A stretch of 63,941 nt of DNA, the filler included, from Candidatus Omnitrophota bacterium (GTDB lineage Bacteria; Omnitrophota; Gorgyraeia; Zapsychrales; Zapsychraceae): NCBI GenBank assembly GCA_015233495.1. It is 4 parts of 4 records of this genome, joined end to end, with 100 filler letters (N's around TTAATTAATTAA, not from the genome) between each part and the next. Parts side by side here need not be neighbours in the genome. Positions count along the whole stretch, not along the records: positions 1 to 20,162 come from JADFXQ010000034.1; 3 more parts are not named here. One strand, 5' to 3'. Position numbers and translations under genes: made by a program. This document shows positions 9,663 through 20,262 of this stretch, piece after piece. The notes beneath the pieces are model-generated. The model searched no databases, had not been told where the DNA came from, and saw nothing but the letters and a program-made list of their open reading frames with translations. Position 1 is the stretch's first letter. Each line of letters begins with the position of its first letter.

Positions 9663-10415
9663 ATGGACGAGAAATTTGAGCAGTTGCCGGAAAGAGAGGC
9701 GCCGCAAGAGGCGACCGGCGAGCAGAGTTTGAATTATGTGCGAGGGGCGATCGAATCTTTGTTATTCGTCAGTGAACGTCCGGTTTTGCTCGACGAGATT
9801 AAAAAGGTTTTGAACACGGTCACGGTGCCGGAGGTGAAGAAAATTATCGCGGATTTAACGGCGGAATACAGCGGACGGAAAGCCGGGATGAGCATTGTTG
9901 AGATTGCCGGCGGGTATCAGATGCTGACCAATCCGCAGTACGTCTCGTATATCCGGGATTTTTATAAGACCAAACATAAGGAAAAATTGTCCAAGCCGGC
10001 TTTGGAATCCTTGGCGATCGTGGCGTATAAACAGCCGGTGACGCGTGCGGACATTGAATTGATCCGCGGGGTCAATTCCGACGGAGTGATGACCCATTTA
10101 TTGGACAAGGAATTGATCAAAATGGTTGGCCGCAAGGACGTGCCGGGCAAGCCGTATTTGTACGGGACGACCAAACAATTTTTGGAATATTTTGGTTTGC
10201 GCTCTTTGGAAGACCTGCCTAAGCTGGAAGAATTTGTCGATATGCTGACTAAGACCGAGGAGGAAAAGGCCGGGATTTTACCGGTGGAAGACGGCGCCGC
10301 TGATCTGCCGAACGAAGAATTTGCCGCTCCCGACTCGGCTGCCAGGGAGCCCGCGATTCAAGAACCCAACACGGAGGAGTCTCATGACACTCAAAGACCT
10401 GCGTCTGAAAATTGA
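9663..10415 (+). CDS. scpB: SMC-Scp complex subunit ScpB
   Basis: IESLLF, AGGYQM, LS..ALESLAIVAYKQPVTRADIELIRGV, YGTTKQFLEYFGL. Confidence 0.95.
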   Translation: MDEKFEQLPEREAPQEATGEQSLNYVRGAIESLLFVSERPVLLDEIKKVLNTVTVPEVKKIIADLTAEYSGRKAGMSIVEIAGGYQMLTNPQYVSYIRDFYKTKHKEKLSKPALESLAIVAYKQPVTRADIELIRGVNSDGVMTHLLDKELIKMVGRKDVPGKPYLYGTTKQFLEYFGLRSLEDLPKLEEFVDMLTKTEEEKAGILPVEDGAADLPNEEFAAPDSAAREPAIQEPNTEESHDTQRPASEN

Positions 10416-11445
10416 CGGGATTGATGAACGGATTGTTCAGCTTTTGAATGACCGGGCCAAGCTGAGTCAAGCGATTGGACAGAATAAACTGCGCGATGGT
10501 CAAGCGGTTTACGCGCCGCACCGGGAAAAAGAGGTGTTGGACTTTATCCGTAAAAATAATCAAGGCCCGCTGACGCCGGCGGCTTTGCAGGCGATTTATT
10601 GCGAGATTATGTCATCCTCGTTGGCTTTGGAAAAATCTTTGCGCGTCGCCACGCTCGGCACGGCGGGGTCGTTCACTTCGATAGCGGCGCGCAAAAAGTT
10701 CGGATCGCAGATTGAATACGTGGATTGCCGTTCCGTCTGGGAGGTGTTTCGCCGGGTGGCGCAGGCGGACTGTGATTATGGGGTGGTGCCAATTGAAAAT
10801 TCAACCGAAGGCGCGGTAACCCACACGTTTGACGCCTTGTTGGAAACCGAATTAAAAATTTGTTCGCAGGTTTTGGTCAAGGTCTCGCATTGTTTGTGCG
10901 CCAAGACGGAATTCGGGAACATCAAAAAAATTTATTCCAATCCGCAGGTGTTTGGTCAATGCCGCAATTGGCTGCAGAATCATTTGGCGGCGGCACAGCA
11001 AATTCCGGTAGCGACCAACACCGAGGCGGTGGCCTTGGCCGCGAAAGAAAAAAACGCGGCCGCGATCGCTTCTCAGGAAGCGGCCAAGCTTTACGCGGTT
11101 CCGGTGTTAAGGCGCGATATTCAAGACATCGCGCATAATACCACCCGGTTTTTGATTTTGGGCCAGCAAGACGCCCAGCCTACCGGATCGGACAAGACCT
11201 CGATTTTGTTCTCGGTGAAAGACAAAGTCGGCGCTTTGTATCATATGTTAAAACCGTTTTACGATCAGAAAATCAATCTGACGAAGATCGAATCAAGACC
11301 GTCCAAGAAAAAGGCCTGGGAATATAACTTTTTCGTCGATTTCGCCGGCCACCGCTTGGACCCGAAAGTCCAAAAGGCCCTGGCGAAATTAGAACCTATG
11401 TGCCAGTACCTGAAAGTGCTGGGCTCATATCCGGTGGTGGAATGA
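10384..11445 (+). CDS. pheA: Chorismate mutase/prephenate dehydratase
   Basis: LRLKIDGID (chorismate mutase), VPIENSTEG, NTTRF, IESRP ACT domain. Confidence 0.95.
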   Translation: MTLKDLRLKIDGIDERIVQLLNDRAKLSQAIGQNKLRDGQAVYAPHREKEVLDFIRKNNQGPLTPAALQAIYCEIMSSSLALEKSLRVATLGTAGSFTSIAARKKFGSQIEYVDCRSVWEVFRRVAQADCDYGVVPIENSTEGAVTHTFDALLETELKICSQVLVKVSHCLCAKTEFGNIKKIYSNPQVFGQCRNWLQNHLAAAQQIPVATNTEAVALAAKEKNAAAIASQEAAKLYAVPVLRRDIQDIAHNTTRFLILGQQDAQPTGSDKTSILFSVKDKVGALYHMLKPFYDQKINLTKIESRPSKKKAWEYNFFVDFAGHRLDPKVQKALAKLEPMCQYLKVLGSYPVVE

Positions 11446-11769
11446 GCATCGGCCGCTTCTGATTTGTGGTGAAAAAATATGGATAAAAGGGATCAAATCG
11501 ACATTGAGGCCTGGAGGCGATCGCGAGGATAAAACGCCCTGCGTCGAAAAAGCGGAATTGACATTGAGCGGTTGAAAATTTATATGGCAGTGCCGGCCAT
11601 TGAGAAATTGCGGAGCCTGGCGCGCCGCCAAGCTTTTCATTTGAAATGGATGACGCCGCAGCGACAGACAGTCCGGGAAGCATTGCGGCTAAGGGTTTTT
11701 AATACTTTATATTGGCCGTCCGGGATAAACGAGAATACAGGGGCCGAGAATTTTATGGAGAAAAATGTC

Positions 11770-12858
11770 ATGAAAAATGCTGCTAAAAAACCTATATTTC
11801 AGGTTAAGCCTTATGTGCCCGGCCGGCCGATTGAGGAGGTTAAGCGGGAGTATGGGCTTAAGAGTGTGATCAAGCTGGCTTCGAATGAGAATCCTTACGG
11901 ACCTTCGCCTAAGGTAATGGCCGCGATCAAGAAAGCGGCGCTGGGTGTGAATCGTTATCCGGACGGGGGTTGTTTTATTCTGCGTCAGGAATTGGCGAAA
12001 CGGCTGAAAGTCGGGCCGGATCAGTTGGTGTTTGGCAATGGTTCGGATGAAACGATTGTGCTTGCCGTGAAGGCGTTTGTCCAAGAAGGAGATGAGGTAA
12101 TCATCGCGCAGCCCACATTTCTGGTCTATGAGATTGCCTCGCGTTTGGCTGGCGCGGCAGTCAAGGCGGTTGCGTTAAACGGATTCAATTATGATTTGAA
12201 CGCGATGCGGGTCGCGGTTACAGCCAAGACGCGGATTATTTTTCTGGGAAATCCGGATAATCCGGCCGGCTCATACATCCCGCGGGACGCCTGGGAAAAT
12301 TTTATCCGTTCCGTCAGGAAAGATATTCTTATTTTTATTGATGAAGCGTATTTTGAATTCGTCGATGCCCCGGATTACGGCGATTCCATAACGTTAATCA
12401 AATCTTATAAAAACGTTGTGGTCAGTCGTACCTTCTCTAAAATGTATGGACTGGCGGGTTTGCGGATCGGCTATGCGGTGGCGGACGCCCAGGTCGCGGA
12501 TATTTTAAACCGGGTCCGCGAGCCGTTTAACGTTAATTCTTTAGCCCAGGCCGCGGCTGTGGCGTGCTTAAAGGACTCGGCGTTTTATCGCCGGATAGCC
12601 AAAGAATCCGCGGCCCAGCGCGAATGGATTTACGGCGAGTTGGACAAGCTTGGCGTGGAATACCGCCGTACGTTTACGAATTTCGTGCTCATTAAAACCA
12701 AGCTTCCGGCTGCGGATTTATCGAAACAATTATTGCGGCAAGGCGTGATTATCCGCGATATGAGCGCCTGGGGTCTGGATCATTATATCCGAGTCTCAAT
12801 CGGAAAGCCGGCGGAAAACAAACGGTTTATTAAAATATTAGGCTCTTTGTCATTTTAA
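11770..12858 (+). CDS. hisC: Histidinol-phosphate aminotransferase
   Basis: KLASNENP, GNGSDE, DEAY, RTFSKMYGLAGLRIGY; start 11755 also possible. Confidence 0.95.
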   Translation: MKNAAKKPIFQVKPYVPGRPIEEVKREYGLKSVIKLASNENPYGPSPKVMAAIKKAALGVNRYPDGGCFILRQELAKRLKVGPDQLVFGNGSDETIVLAVKAFVQEGDEVIIAQPTFLVYEIASRLAGAAVKAVALNGFNYDLNAMRVAVTAKTRIIFLGNPDNPAGSYIPRDAWENFIRSVRKDILIFIDEAYFEFVDAPDYGDSITLIKSYKNVVVSRTFSKMYGLAGLRIGYAVADAQVADILNRVREPFNVNSLAQAAAVACLKDSAFYRRIAKESAAQREWIYGELDKLGVEYRRTFTNFVLIKTKLPAADLSKQLLRQGVIIRDMSAWGLDHYIRVSIGKPAENKRFIKILGSLSF

Positions 12859-12921
12859 ACGGTTTAGCACGCTTGCTAGCCGGTTTAAAATGTGAAAGAG
12901 GCAAATTTAGCAGGGGATTGT

Positions 12922-13938
12922 ATGATCGTAGTTTTAAAATCAGAAGCCACGGAAGCTCAAATTCAGCATATTTTGGACAAGGTTCAGAAGCTGGGGTTGA
13001 AGCCGCACATTTCCCGCGGCGTGGAAAAGACTATTATCGGTTTGATCGGTCCGGAAGACGCGCTCCAAGTGACGCCGCTCGAAATTTATCCCGGCGTGGA
13101 AAAAGTTATCCCGGTTTTATCGCCATACCGGTTGGTGTCGCGGGAGTTTAAAAAAGAGAACAGTGTCATTCGGGTCAATGACCGGATTGCTTTTGGCGAT
13201 AAGCAAGTTCCGGTGATTGCCGGCCCGTGTTCGATCGAAAGTCTGGAAGGTTTAAGGCGGATTGCCGGACAGGTTAAAGCCGCGGGAGCCACGGCTTTGC
13301 GCGGCGGGGCGTTTAAGCCGCGGACCTCGCCTTATGATTTTCAAGGCTTGGGCGAAGAAGGCTTGAAATACATGCAGGCGGTGGGAAAGGAATTCGGTTT
13401 AGCTACCGTGACAGAAGTAATGGACACGCGCGATGTGGAGTTGATCGGCAGTTACGTGGATATGTTTCAAATCGGGGCCCGTAATATGCAGAATTTTTCT
13501 TTATTGCGGGAAGTCGGCAAAACGCATAAACCGGTAATTTTGAAACGCGGGATCAGCGCGACTATTAAAGAATGGTTGATGTCGGCGGAGTATGTGTTAT
13601 CGACGGGTAATTTCAACGTGATTTTGTGTGAACGCGGTATCCGCACTTTTGAAACGGAAACGCGCAATACCTTGGATATCAACGCGATCGCGGTAGCCAA
13701 ACAAAAATCGCATCTGCCGGTTATGGCGGATCCCAGCCACGCCACTGGGCGATGGGGGATAGTGGGAGCCGCGGCCCGGGCCGCGCTCGCTGCCGGCGGT
13801 GACGGGTTGATGATCGAGGTGCATGATAATCCGCAAGAGGCTTTTTCGGACGGCGAGCAGTCTTTGCTGCCGGGAAATTTCGCCGGGTTGATGCGGGAAT
13901 TGCGCCGGGTGGCGGAGGCCGTGGATCGGAGAATCTAA
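12922..13938 (+). CDS. aroF: DAHP synthase, type I-beta, with N-terminal ferredoxin-like regulatory domain
   Basis: [36 protein letters not shown]. Confidence 0.95.
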   Translation: MIVVLKSEATEAQIQHILDKVQKLGLKPHISRGVEKTIIGLIGPEDALQVTPLEIYPGVEKVIPVLSPYRLVSREFKKENSVIRVNDRIAFGDKQVPVIAGPCSIESLEGLRRIAGQVKAAGATALRGGAFKPRTSPYDFQGLGEEGLKYMQAVGKEFGLATVTEVMDTRDVELIGSYVDMFQIGARNMQNFSLLREVGKTHKPVILKRGISATIKEWLMSAEYVLSTGNFNVILCERGIRTFETETRNTLDINAIAVAKQKSHLPVMADPSHATGRWGIVGAAARAALAAGGDGLMIEVHDNPQEAFSDGEQSLLPGNFAGLMRELRRVAEAVDRRI

Positions 13939-14070
13939 ACAGGACACAAGACACAGGACACAAGTCAGGTCGTTAATGTATTGGAAGTATTTTGTGGTAT
14001 GTGCCTGAGGCATGATTTTCAAATAGAATACTTGTGTCAGGTGTCTGGTGTCAATATTAAAAGGATAATT

Positions 14071-14928
14071 ATGATTTTTAAATCTTATATGTTTAAACGG
14101 GTCGCGATCATCGGCGTGGGTTTGATGGGCGGATCATTAGCGATGGCCTTGCGGAAAAAGGAAATGGCAAAAGAAATTGTGGGGTATTCGCAGCGGCACG
14201 CCACACTGGTTAGCGCGCTTAAGGATAAGATTATTGACGAAGGCGTTGCGGAACCGGCGCTGGCCGTGCGTAACGCGGACTTAATTGTTTTAGCTACTCC
14301 CGTGCAGCATATCCTGGCGGTTTTGCCCGTGATTGCCGCGCAGGTTAAACGGGGCAGTATGATCACGGATGTGGGGAGCACGAAAGGGGAGATCGTGGAA
14401 ATTGCCGAAAAAGTATTTCCGGCTCCGGGTTTTTTTATTGGATCGCACCCATTGACCGGTTCGGAAAAACGCGGCCTAGAAAACGCGACTCCGGATCTTT
14501 ATCAAGAGGCGCTTTGTTTAATGACACCGACGGAGAAAACCAACCCCGTGACCAAGGAAAAAATCAAGCAAATGTGGGCCCGGGTCGGCTGCCGGGTGGA
14601 AATGTTGAAGCCGGAGGAGCATGACGGCGCTATGGCTTATGTCAGTCACTTGCCGCATTTGTTGGTGTTTGCTCTTATGGGAGTTATGCCGTCCGATTAT
14701 TTGAAATTAGCGGGACCGGGACTCAAAGACACGACCCGGATAGCTTCGTCCGCGCCGCAGATTTGGAGCGATATTTTTGCTTCCAACAAGCGGCCTTTAT
14801 TGCAAGGATTGGATGAAACCATCAAACGTTTGGCAGAGTTTCGCCGGGCGATAATTAAAAAAGACGAAAAAACGGTGCTGGATTTTATCAGTCAGGCGAA
14901 AGAAAAAAATGACCTTTGGCGGAAATAA
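14071..14928 (+). CDS. tyrA: Prephenate dehydrogenase
   Basis: IIGVGLMGGS, DVGSTK, HPLTGSE, SHLPH, TTRIASS. Confidence 0.93.
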   Translation: MIFKSYMFKRVAIIGVGLMGGSLAMALRKKEMAKEIVGYSQRHATLVSALKDKIIDEGVAEPALAVRNADLIVLATPVQHILAVLPVIAAQVKRGSMITDVGSTKGEIVEIAEKVFPAPGFFIGSHPLTGSEKRGLENATPDLYQEALCLMTPTEKTNPVTKEKIKQMWARVGCRVEMLKPEEHDGAMAYVSHLPHLLVFALMGVMPSDYLKLAGPGLKDTTRIASSAPQIWSDIFASNKRPLLQGLDETIKRLAEFRRAIIKKDEKTVLDFISQAKEKNDLWRK

Positions 14929-15634
14929 AAAAAAATGTCCGGGTTTTATTGCCGTGGCGATTGATGGCCCGGCCGGCGCAGGTAAAAGCACGGTTGCTAA
15001 ACGTTTGGCCCAACGTCTGGGCTTCGCTTTTTTGGATACCGGGGCGATGTACCGGGCTTTGACTCTCAAGGCCATGCGCTTGGGATTGAAATTAGAGGAT
15101 GAATTGGCATTAACCGCTTTGGCGCAAAACACTAAAATCGATTTGGAAGATAAAGGCGAGGGGCTGATCGTGAGTTTGGACGGCGAGGATGTGAGCCAAA
15201 ATATCCGCACCGTGGAGGTAACGAACAACACTTTTTACATTGCCCGCGTGAGCGGAGTCCGGGCGATTCTGGTTCGCTGGCAGCAGGAGATCGGGGCTTG
15301 CCGGAATGTGGTCGCGGAAGGCCGGGATATCGGCACCGTGGTTTTTCCGCGGACAAAATACAAATTCTATTTAGACGCGGATGTCGAGGAACGGGCGAAG
15401 CGCCGCCACGCGGAATTGACCGCGAAAGGCAAACCGATCGATTTTGAGGAGGTGCTCAAAGATGTGCGGGACCGGGATCATAAAGATTTCACCCGCAAAG
15501 TCGGGCCGCTCAAAAAAGCCGAAGACGCGGTGGTTATTGATTCAACGAAGATGACGGTTGAGGAAGTCATTGATACATTGTGCAAACACATCATCGGTGA
15601 AACAAAGGATAAAATGACAAAGGACAAAATTTAA
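14909..15634 (+). CDS. cmk: Cytidylate kinase
   Basis: AIDGPAGAGKST, DTGAMYR, EGRDIGTVVFP. Confidence 0.95.
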   Translation: MTFGGNKKKCPGFIAVAIDGPAGAGKSTVAKRLAQRLGFAFLDTGAMYRALTLKAMRLGLKLEDELALTALAQNTKIDLEDKGEGLIVSLDGEDVSQNIRTVEVTNNTFYIARVSGVRAILVRWQQEIGACRNVVAEGRDIGTVVFPRTKYKFYLDADVEERAKRRHAELTAKGKPIDFEEVLKDVRDRDHKDFTRKVGPLKKAEDAVVIDSTKMTVEEVIDTLCKHIIGETKDKMTKDKI

Positions 15635-15703
15635 AATTCAAAACGCGCGGCAGGGGGTTTGTTCTTTGGCGCTTTGAATTTTGTCATTTGTCATTTTAAA
15701 TAT

Positions 15704-17494
15704 ATGGATACATCTCTCATTCGTAATTTTTCTATTATAGCCCACATCGACCACGGTAAATCAACCCTGGCGGACCGGCTTTTATTATTCACCGGGGCGA
15801 TTGATGAACGCAAGTTCAAAAATCAACTGCTCGACGACATGGATCTGGAGCGGGAGCGGGGGATCACGATCAAGGCCTCGGCGGTGCGGCTGGCTTATAA
15901 AGCCAATGACGGGAAAGATTATGTTTTTAATTTGATTGACACGCCGGGGCACGTTGATTTTTGCTATGAAGTCGAGAAATCGTTGCGCGCCGGGGAAGGC
16001 GCGTTGTTGATCGTTGATGCCACTCAAGGCGTGGAGTCCCAAACCGTAGCGAATTACTTTCTCGCCGTTGACAATAATCTGGAAATCTTGCCGGTCCTGA
16101 ATAAAATCGATGTGACAACCATTGATCTGGATTATATGAAAATTCAGTTGATGGACACTTTGCATTTTCATGAGAAAGACATTGTGCCGGTGTCGGCAAA
16201 AGAGGGGATCGGGATTAAAGAACTGTTTGAAAAAATCGTCGCTTTTATTCCCGCGCCGGAAGGCGAGAGCGCCGCGCCGCTCAAGGCGTTGATTTTTGAT
16301 ATGAAATATGACATTTATAAAGGGATCATCATTTATATCCGGGTGTTTGACGGGATTGTCCGATCGGGCAAACGGATCAAGATGATGCATATGGACAAAG
16401 AATATGGCATCGAGGAGGTCGGGGTATTCACGCCGGGCCCGGTTAAAGTTAAGGAACTGGCGGCGGGCGAGGTCGGTTATATTACGTGCAATATCCATGA
16501 GCCGCGTTTGGTGCGGATTGGCGACACGGTTACTGACGCGGACCGGCCGGTTGCCGAACCTTTGCCCGGATACCGCCACTTGAACCCTTTGGTTTTCTGC
16601 GGCGTATATCCGGTGAATTCCAAAGATTTTATGGCTCTGCGGGAAGCGATTGAAAAACTGCGGCTCAATGATCCGAGTTTTGTTTCCGAACCGGAGAGTT
16701 CACAGTCGTTCGGTAATGGATTCCGCTGCGGTTTTTTAGGGCTTTTGCACATGGATATTATTCAGGAACGGTTGCAGCGGGAATATGACCTTAATTTGAT
16801 TCTAACCACGCCGAATGTCCAATATGTTATTGAGATGCGCGACGGCCAGCAGCTGCATATTGAAAGCCCGAATGATCTGCCGGACGCTGCGCGGATTGCC
16901 CAGATTAAAGAACCGTTTTTGCAGGTGACGATTTTAACGCCGGTTGAGCATATGGACGGAGTGATGGAGCTGGCCAAACGCAAAAGGGGAACTTTTGTGA
17001 GCAGTGAATTTTTGTCCGACCGGATGAAAATAGTTTTTGATATGCCCTTGTCGGAAGTGATCGTGGATTTCAACGATATGCTAAAGTCAATCACCCGCGG
17101 GTACGGGTCGATCGATTATAAGTTTAAGGATTATTTGCCGACGAGTGTGTCAAAACTCGACATTATGATCAACGAAAAAATCTGCGACGCGTTTTCTTTT
17201 CTGGTGCATAAAGACAAGGCTTATGAAAAAGGCTTAGCCTTAGTCACCAAGCTGAAGGATTTGATTCCCGCGCAATTGTTTGAAGTCAAGGTGCAGGCGT
17301 CTTGTGACGGCCGGATCATCTCGAGCGCCCGGATCAAGGCAATGGGAAAGAACGTTACCGCGAAATGTTATGGCGGCGACATTTCGCGCAAGCGCAAGCT
17401 TTGGGAGAAGCAGAAGGAAGGCAAGAAGAAGTTGAAGCAGATCGGCAACGTGGAAATTCCGCAGGAAGCATTCACCGCGGCGCTAAAATTATAG
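15704..17494 (+). CDS. lepA: Elongation factor 4 (LepA)
   Basis: IRNFSIIAHIDHGKSTLADR, CYGGDISRKRKL. Confidence 0.98.
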   Translation: MDTSLIRNFSIIAHIDHGKSTLADRLLLFTGAIDERKFKNQLLDDMDLERERGITIKASAVRLAYKANDGKDYVFNLIDTPGHVDFCYEVEKSLRAGEGALLIVDATQGVESQTVANYFLAVDNNLEILPVLNKIDVTTIDLDYMKIQLMDTLHFHEKDIVPVSAKEGIGIKELFEKIVAFIPAPEGESAAPLKALIFDMKYDIYKGIIIYIRVFDGIVRSGKRIKMMHMDKEYGIEEVGVFTPGPVKVKELAAGEVGYITCNIHEPRLVRIGDTVTDADRPVAEPLPGYRHLNPLVFCGVYPVNSKDFMALREAIEKLRLNDPSFVSEPESSQSFGNGFRCGFLGLLHMDIIQERLQREYDLNLILTTPNVQYVIEMRDGQQLHIESPNDLPDAARIAQIKEPFLQVTILTPVEHMDGVMELAKRKRGTFVSSEFLSDRMKIVFDMPLSEVIVDFNDMLKSITRGYGSIDYKFKDYLPTSVSKLDIMINEKICDAFSFLVHKDKAYEKGLALVTKLKDLIPAQLFEVKVQASCDGRIISSARIKAMGKNVTAKCYGGDISRKRKLWEKQKEGKKKLKQIGNVEIPQEAFTAALKL

Positions 17495-17539
17495 AGCAGG
17501 TTTAAGCCTTGAGGTTGAAGGTTCAAGGGAGGAGTGGGA

Positions 17540-18142
17540 ATGAAGAAAATGATCGCAAATTTGCAAAAGAAATGGAAAGAGTCCACGCAGCTGCGCGAAT
17601 GGGTTGAATCCTTGGTGATCGCTTTTATCTTGGCGATGTTTATCCGGACATTTTTCGTGCAAGCCTTTAAAATTCCCAGCGGTTCGATGCGCATGACCCT
17701 GATCGAGGGCGACCGTTTGATGGTCAATAAAATGCGTTATGGCCCCAAAATTCCTTTTACAAAAAAACGGATTCCCGGATACGCCAAACCGCAGCGGGGA
17801 GATGTTATTGTTTTTATTTATCCGCAAGATAAATCGCGGGATTTCATCAAGCGCCTAATTGCTTTTGGCGGCGAGACAGTGGAAATTCGTAATGGAGCAG
17901 TTTGGATTAATGGCCGGCTGGATACCACCGCTGCTTTACAGAACCGGTATTATTATAATATGGGGATGTACGGGCAGGCAGGGCAACCGGTGAAAGTCCC
18001 GCCGGGTTTTGTTTTTGTAATGGGGGATAATAGCCAATCTAGTCATGACAGCCGCTTTTGGGGATTTTTGCCGGAAGAAAATATTCTCGGCCGGGCCGAA
18101 GGTATTTATTGGCCTTTGAACCGGATAAAATGGTTGAATTGA
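17540..18142 (+). CDS. lepB: Signal peptidase I
   Basis: IPSGSM, FIKR, GDN...SHDSRFWG. Confidence 0.96.
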   Translation: MKKMIANLQKKWKESTQLREWVESLVIAFILAMFIRTFFVQAFKIPSGSMRMTLIEGDRLMVNKMRYGPKIPFTKKRIPGYAKPQRGDVIVFIYPQDKSRDFIKRLIAFGGETVEIRNGAVWINGRLDTTAALQNRYYYNMGMYGQAGQPVKVPPGFVFVMGDNSQSSHDSRFWGFLPEENILGRAEGIYWPLNRIKWLN

Positions 18143-18207
18143 TGAGCCCGGGGATCTGCCGCTTATAATTTTTATCAGGAGAAGAATTCGGATTTGCGAA
18201 GATCATT

Positions 18208-18774
18208 ATGGGTCTAACCCTTGCCAGTAAAATCACTATCGCCCGTATTTTGGCGGCGCCTTTTTTCATTGCCGCGGTGCTTTCCTACACGCCGGAAAAA
18301 GATTATTTGCGTTTTGTGGCGCTGTATATTTTTTTATTCGCGGCAGTTTCGGATCTCCTCGATGGTTTTGTGGCCCGGCATTTTCAGCAGCATTCGAAAG
18401 CCGGCGCAGTGTTGGACCCTTTGGCGGATAAGATTCTGTTGATGAGCGCGTTTGTTTGTCTTTATGCGATGGGAAATGCGTTCACGGGATTCCATTTTCC
18501 GATTTGGTTTATTGTGATCTTGATCAGCCGGGATGTTATTTTGATGGTCGGCACAGTTGTCGAATATGTGATCCGCGGCGACCTTGACATTGTCCCTTCC
18601 GGTTGGGGGAAATCCACGGCCTTTTTAGAATCTTTGTGTATTGTCGGATTTTTGCTGCAGTTGCCGCTGTCCCGCTGGTTGTGGCCGGCTGTTTTTGTGG
18701 CGGCGTGTGTTTCGCTTTTTCAATATGTTTATCGAGGAATGAAATTGCTTCCCCCTTACGGAGGTAAAAAATGA
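18208..18774 (+). CDS. pgsA: CDP-alcohol phosphatidyltransferase (PgsA-like)
   Basis: SDLLDGFVAR...GAVLDPLADK motif. Confidence 0.85.
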   Translation: MGLTLASKITIARILAAPFFIAAVLSYTPEKDYLRFVALYIFLFAAVSDLLDGFVARHFQQHSKAGAVLDPLADKILLMSAFVCLYAMGNAFTGFHFPIWFIVILISRDVILMVGTVVEYVIRGDLDIVPSGWGKSTAFLESLCIVGFLLQLPLSRWLWPAVFVAACVSLFQYVYRGMKLLPPYGGKK

Positions 18775-19391
18775 GACTGATTTTAGGCATATTGATTAGT
18801 TATTTGATCGGCGCGATCCCGACCGCGTATATTTGGGGAAAGGTGACTAAGGGAATTGACATCCGCAGGCACGGTTCCGGCAATGTTGGCGCGACCAACG
18901 TCTTTCGTGTTTTGGGCAAGCAAGCCGGGGTGATTGTATTGTTGATTGATATTTTAAAGGGGGTTGTTCCCACTGCCATAGTTGCGGACGCTTTGGGCCA
19001 GACCGAAATGTGGCAGCGGATTCTGATTTCATTGTGCGCGGTCGGAGGGCATAATTGGACGGTTTTTTTGAATTTTAAAGGCGGCAAGGGCATTGCGACC
19101 AGTCTGGGCGTTTTAATCGGTTTGGCTTGCCGTATCCCATCCATCCGGATGGTGTTATTAGGAACTGTGACAGCTTGGATCGCCTGTTTTTTAAGCTCGG
19201 GGATTGTATCTTTTTCCTCCATTGTCGCGGCGGTCTGCTTGCCGGTTTTGATGGTCTGGACTGGCCAGCCGTTTGCTTTGATTTTGCTGGGAGTGATTTT
19301 TTGCCTGTTTGTGGTTATCCGCCATAAAGCGAATATTAAGCGTTTGATCGCCCTCCAAGAACCGCGCGTTAAAATTTTCGGCCGGAAATAA
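18771..19391 (+). CDS. plsY: Glycerol-3-phosphate acyltransferase PlsY
   Basis: GSGNVGATNVFR, FKGGKGIAT, HKANIKRL. Confidence 0.95.
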   Translation: MRLILGILISYLIGAIPTAYIWGKVTKGIDIRRHGSGNVGATNVFRVLGKQAGVIVLLIDILKGVVPTAIVADALGQTEMWQRILISLCAVGGHNWTVFLNFKGGKGIATSLGVLIGLACRIPSIRMVLLGTVTAWIACFLSSGIVSFSSIVAAVCLPVLMVWTGQPFALILLGVIFCLFVVIRHKANIKRLIALQEPRVKIFGRK

Positions 19392-19604
19392 TTGTTTTTA
19401 TTTTTTTCGCTTTCCCCTGTCCCGCGAGCCGGGAATATTCCGTTTTATCGACGATAAAAATCATTTTACTTTAAAAAGAAAGCGTTTTCTTGAAACGGCT
19501 GTTCTGGCCTTGCCGCAACTCCTTGGGATGTTAAACTTTAAGTGAGAGGGGTTAACGGAGGATGGAAAAGCTGGACTGCCGATAGGCAGGCGCCGAGGCC
19601 AGAA

Positions 19605-19952
19605 ATGAAAAAAATCCTTTTTCAAAAAGATATTGATTTCGCTCAAAAAACCAAGGCATTGGCGATTTCGCAGAAATCCCAAGACGAAGAGTCTTTTACC
19701 CATATTCGCAAACGATTTGTCTATCAAGTAGCGCAAGTTACGAATACTCAAGAAGATCTCGAAGGCCCGCAGATCAAAATATGCAAACAGATTGATCATA
19801 AACGCCGGATTGAGCGGTTTCATTTTCAAGTGTACGGTTCTTTTTTTATGAATCATAACCGTTCGATTCTTAAGGTCGGTTTTCAGCACACATTAGATAT
19901 CGATATTTTGTGGAAACACTTCTCCTCCAAGAAGTCAGCGATTCTGGCCTAA
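19605..19952 (+). CDS. Hypothetical protein (115 aa)
   Basis: ORF with upstream TTGCCG/TAAACT promoter-like pair; no recognised motif; an antisense ORF competes. Confidence 0.45.
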   Translation: MKKILFQKDIDFAQKTKALAISQKSQDEESFTHIRKRFVYQVAQVTNTQEDLEGPQIKICKQIDHKRRIERFHFQVYGSFFMNHNRSILKVGFQHTLDIDILWKHFSSKKSAILA

Positions 19953-20262
19953 ACACCCGAAAACGCTGAACGGCGCCAGCGGACGGCACAATATTGTCGT
20001 CCGCTGTTTTTTTATTCCCAAACGAACCAGAAAATAGGGAACGGTCAATAGATCCTTACCCCCTTGATTCATAAGAACATGCTTCATGCGAAGCAATTTA
20101 TCGAGATCAACAGGTGGTACCAAGAGCAGTTGTTGATTTAAGTCAGGTTTCTTTTCAAGAGCNNNNNNNNNNNNNNNNNNNNNNNNNNNNNNNNNNNNNN
20201 NNNNNNTTAATTAATTAANNNNNNNNNNNNNNNNNNNNNNNNNNNNNNNNNNNNNNNNNNNN

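Noticed and set aside
11572..11769. 66-aa N-terminal extension of HisC
   Set aside because: HisC similarity starts near 11770 and the upstream TTG start has no support.
15785..16579. Long antisense ORFs (also 1513-2214 and 42857-43582)
   Set aside because: Shadows of well-supported genes on the opposite strand.
19935..20162. Minus-strand ORF fragment at the contig end
   Set aside because: Truncated by the gap with no recognisable motif, so it cannot be called.
20163..20262. TTAATTAATTAA motif within N runs (also at 39911-40010 and 59403-59502)
   Set aside because: Artificial contig linker with stops in all frames, not biological.
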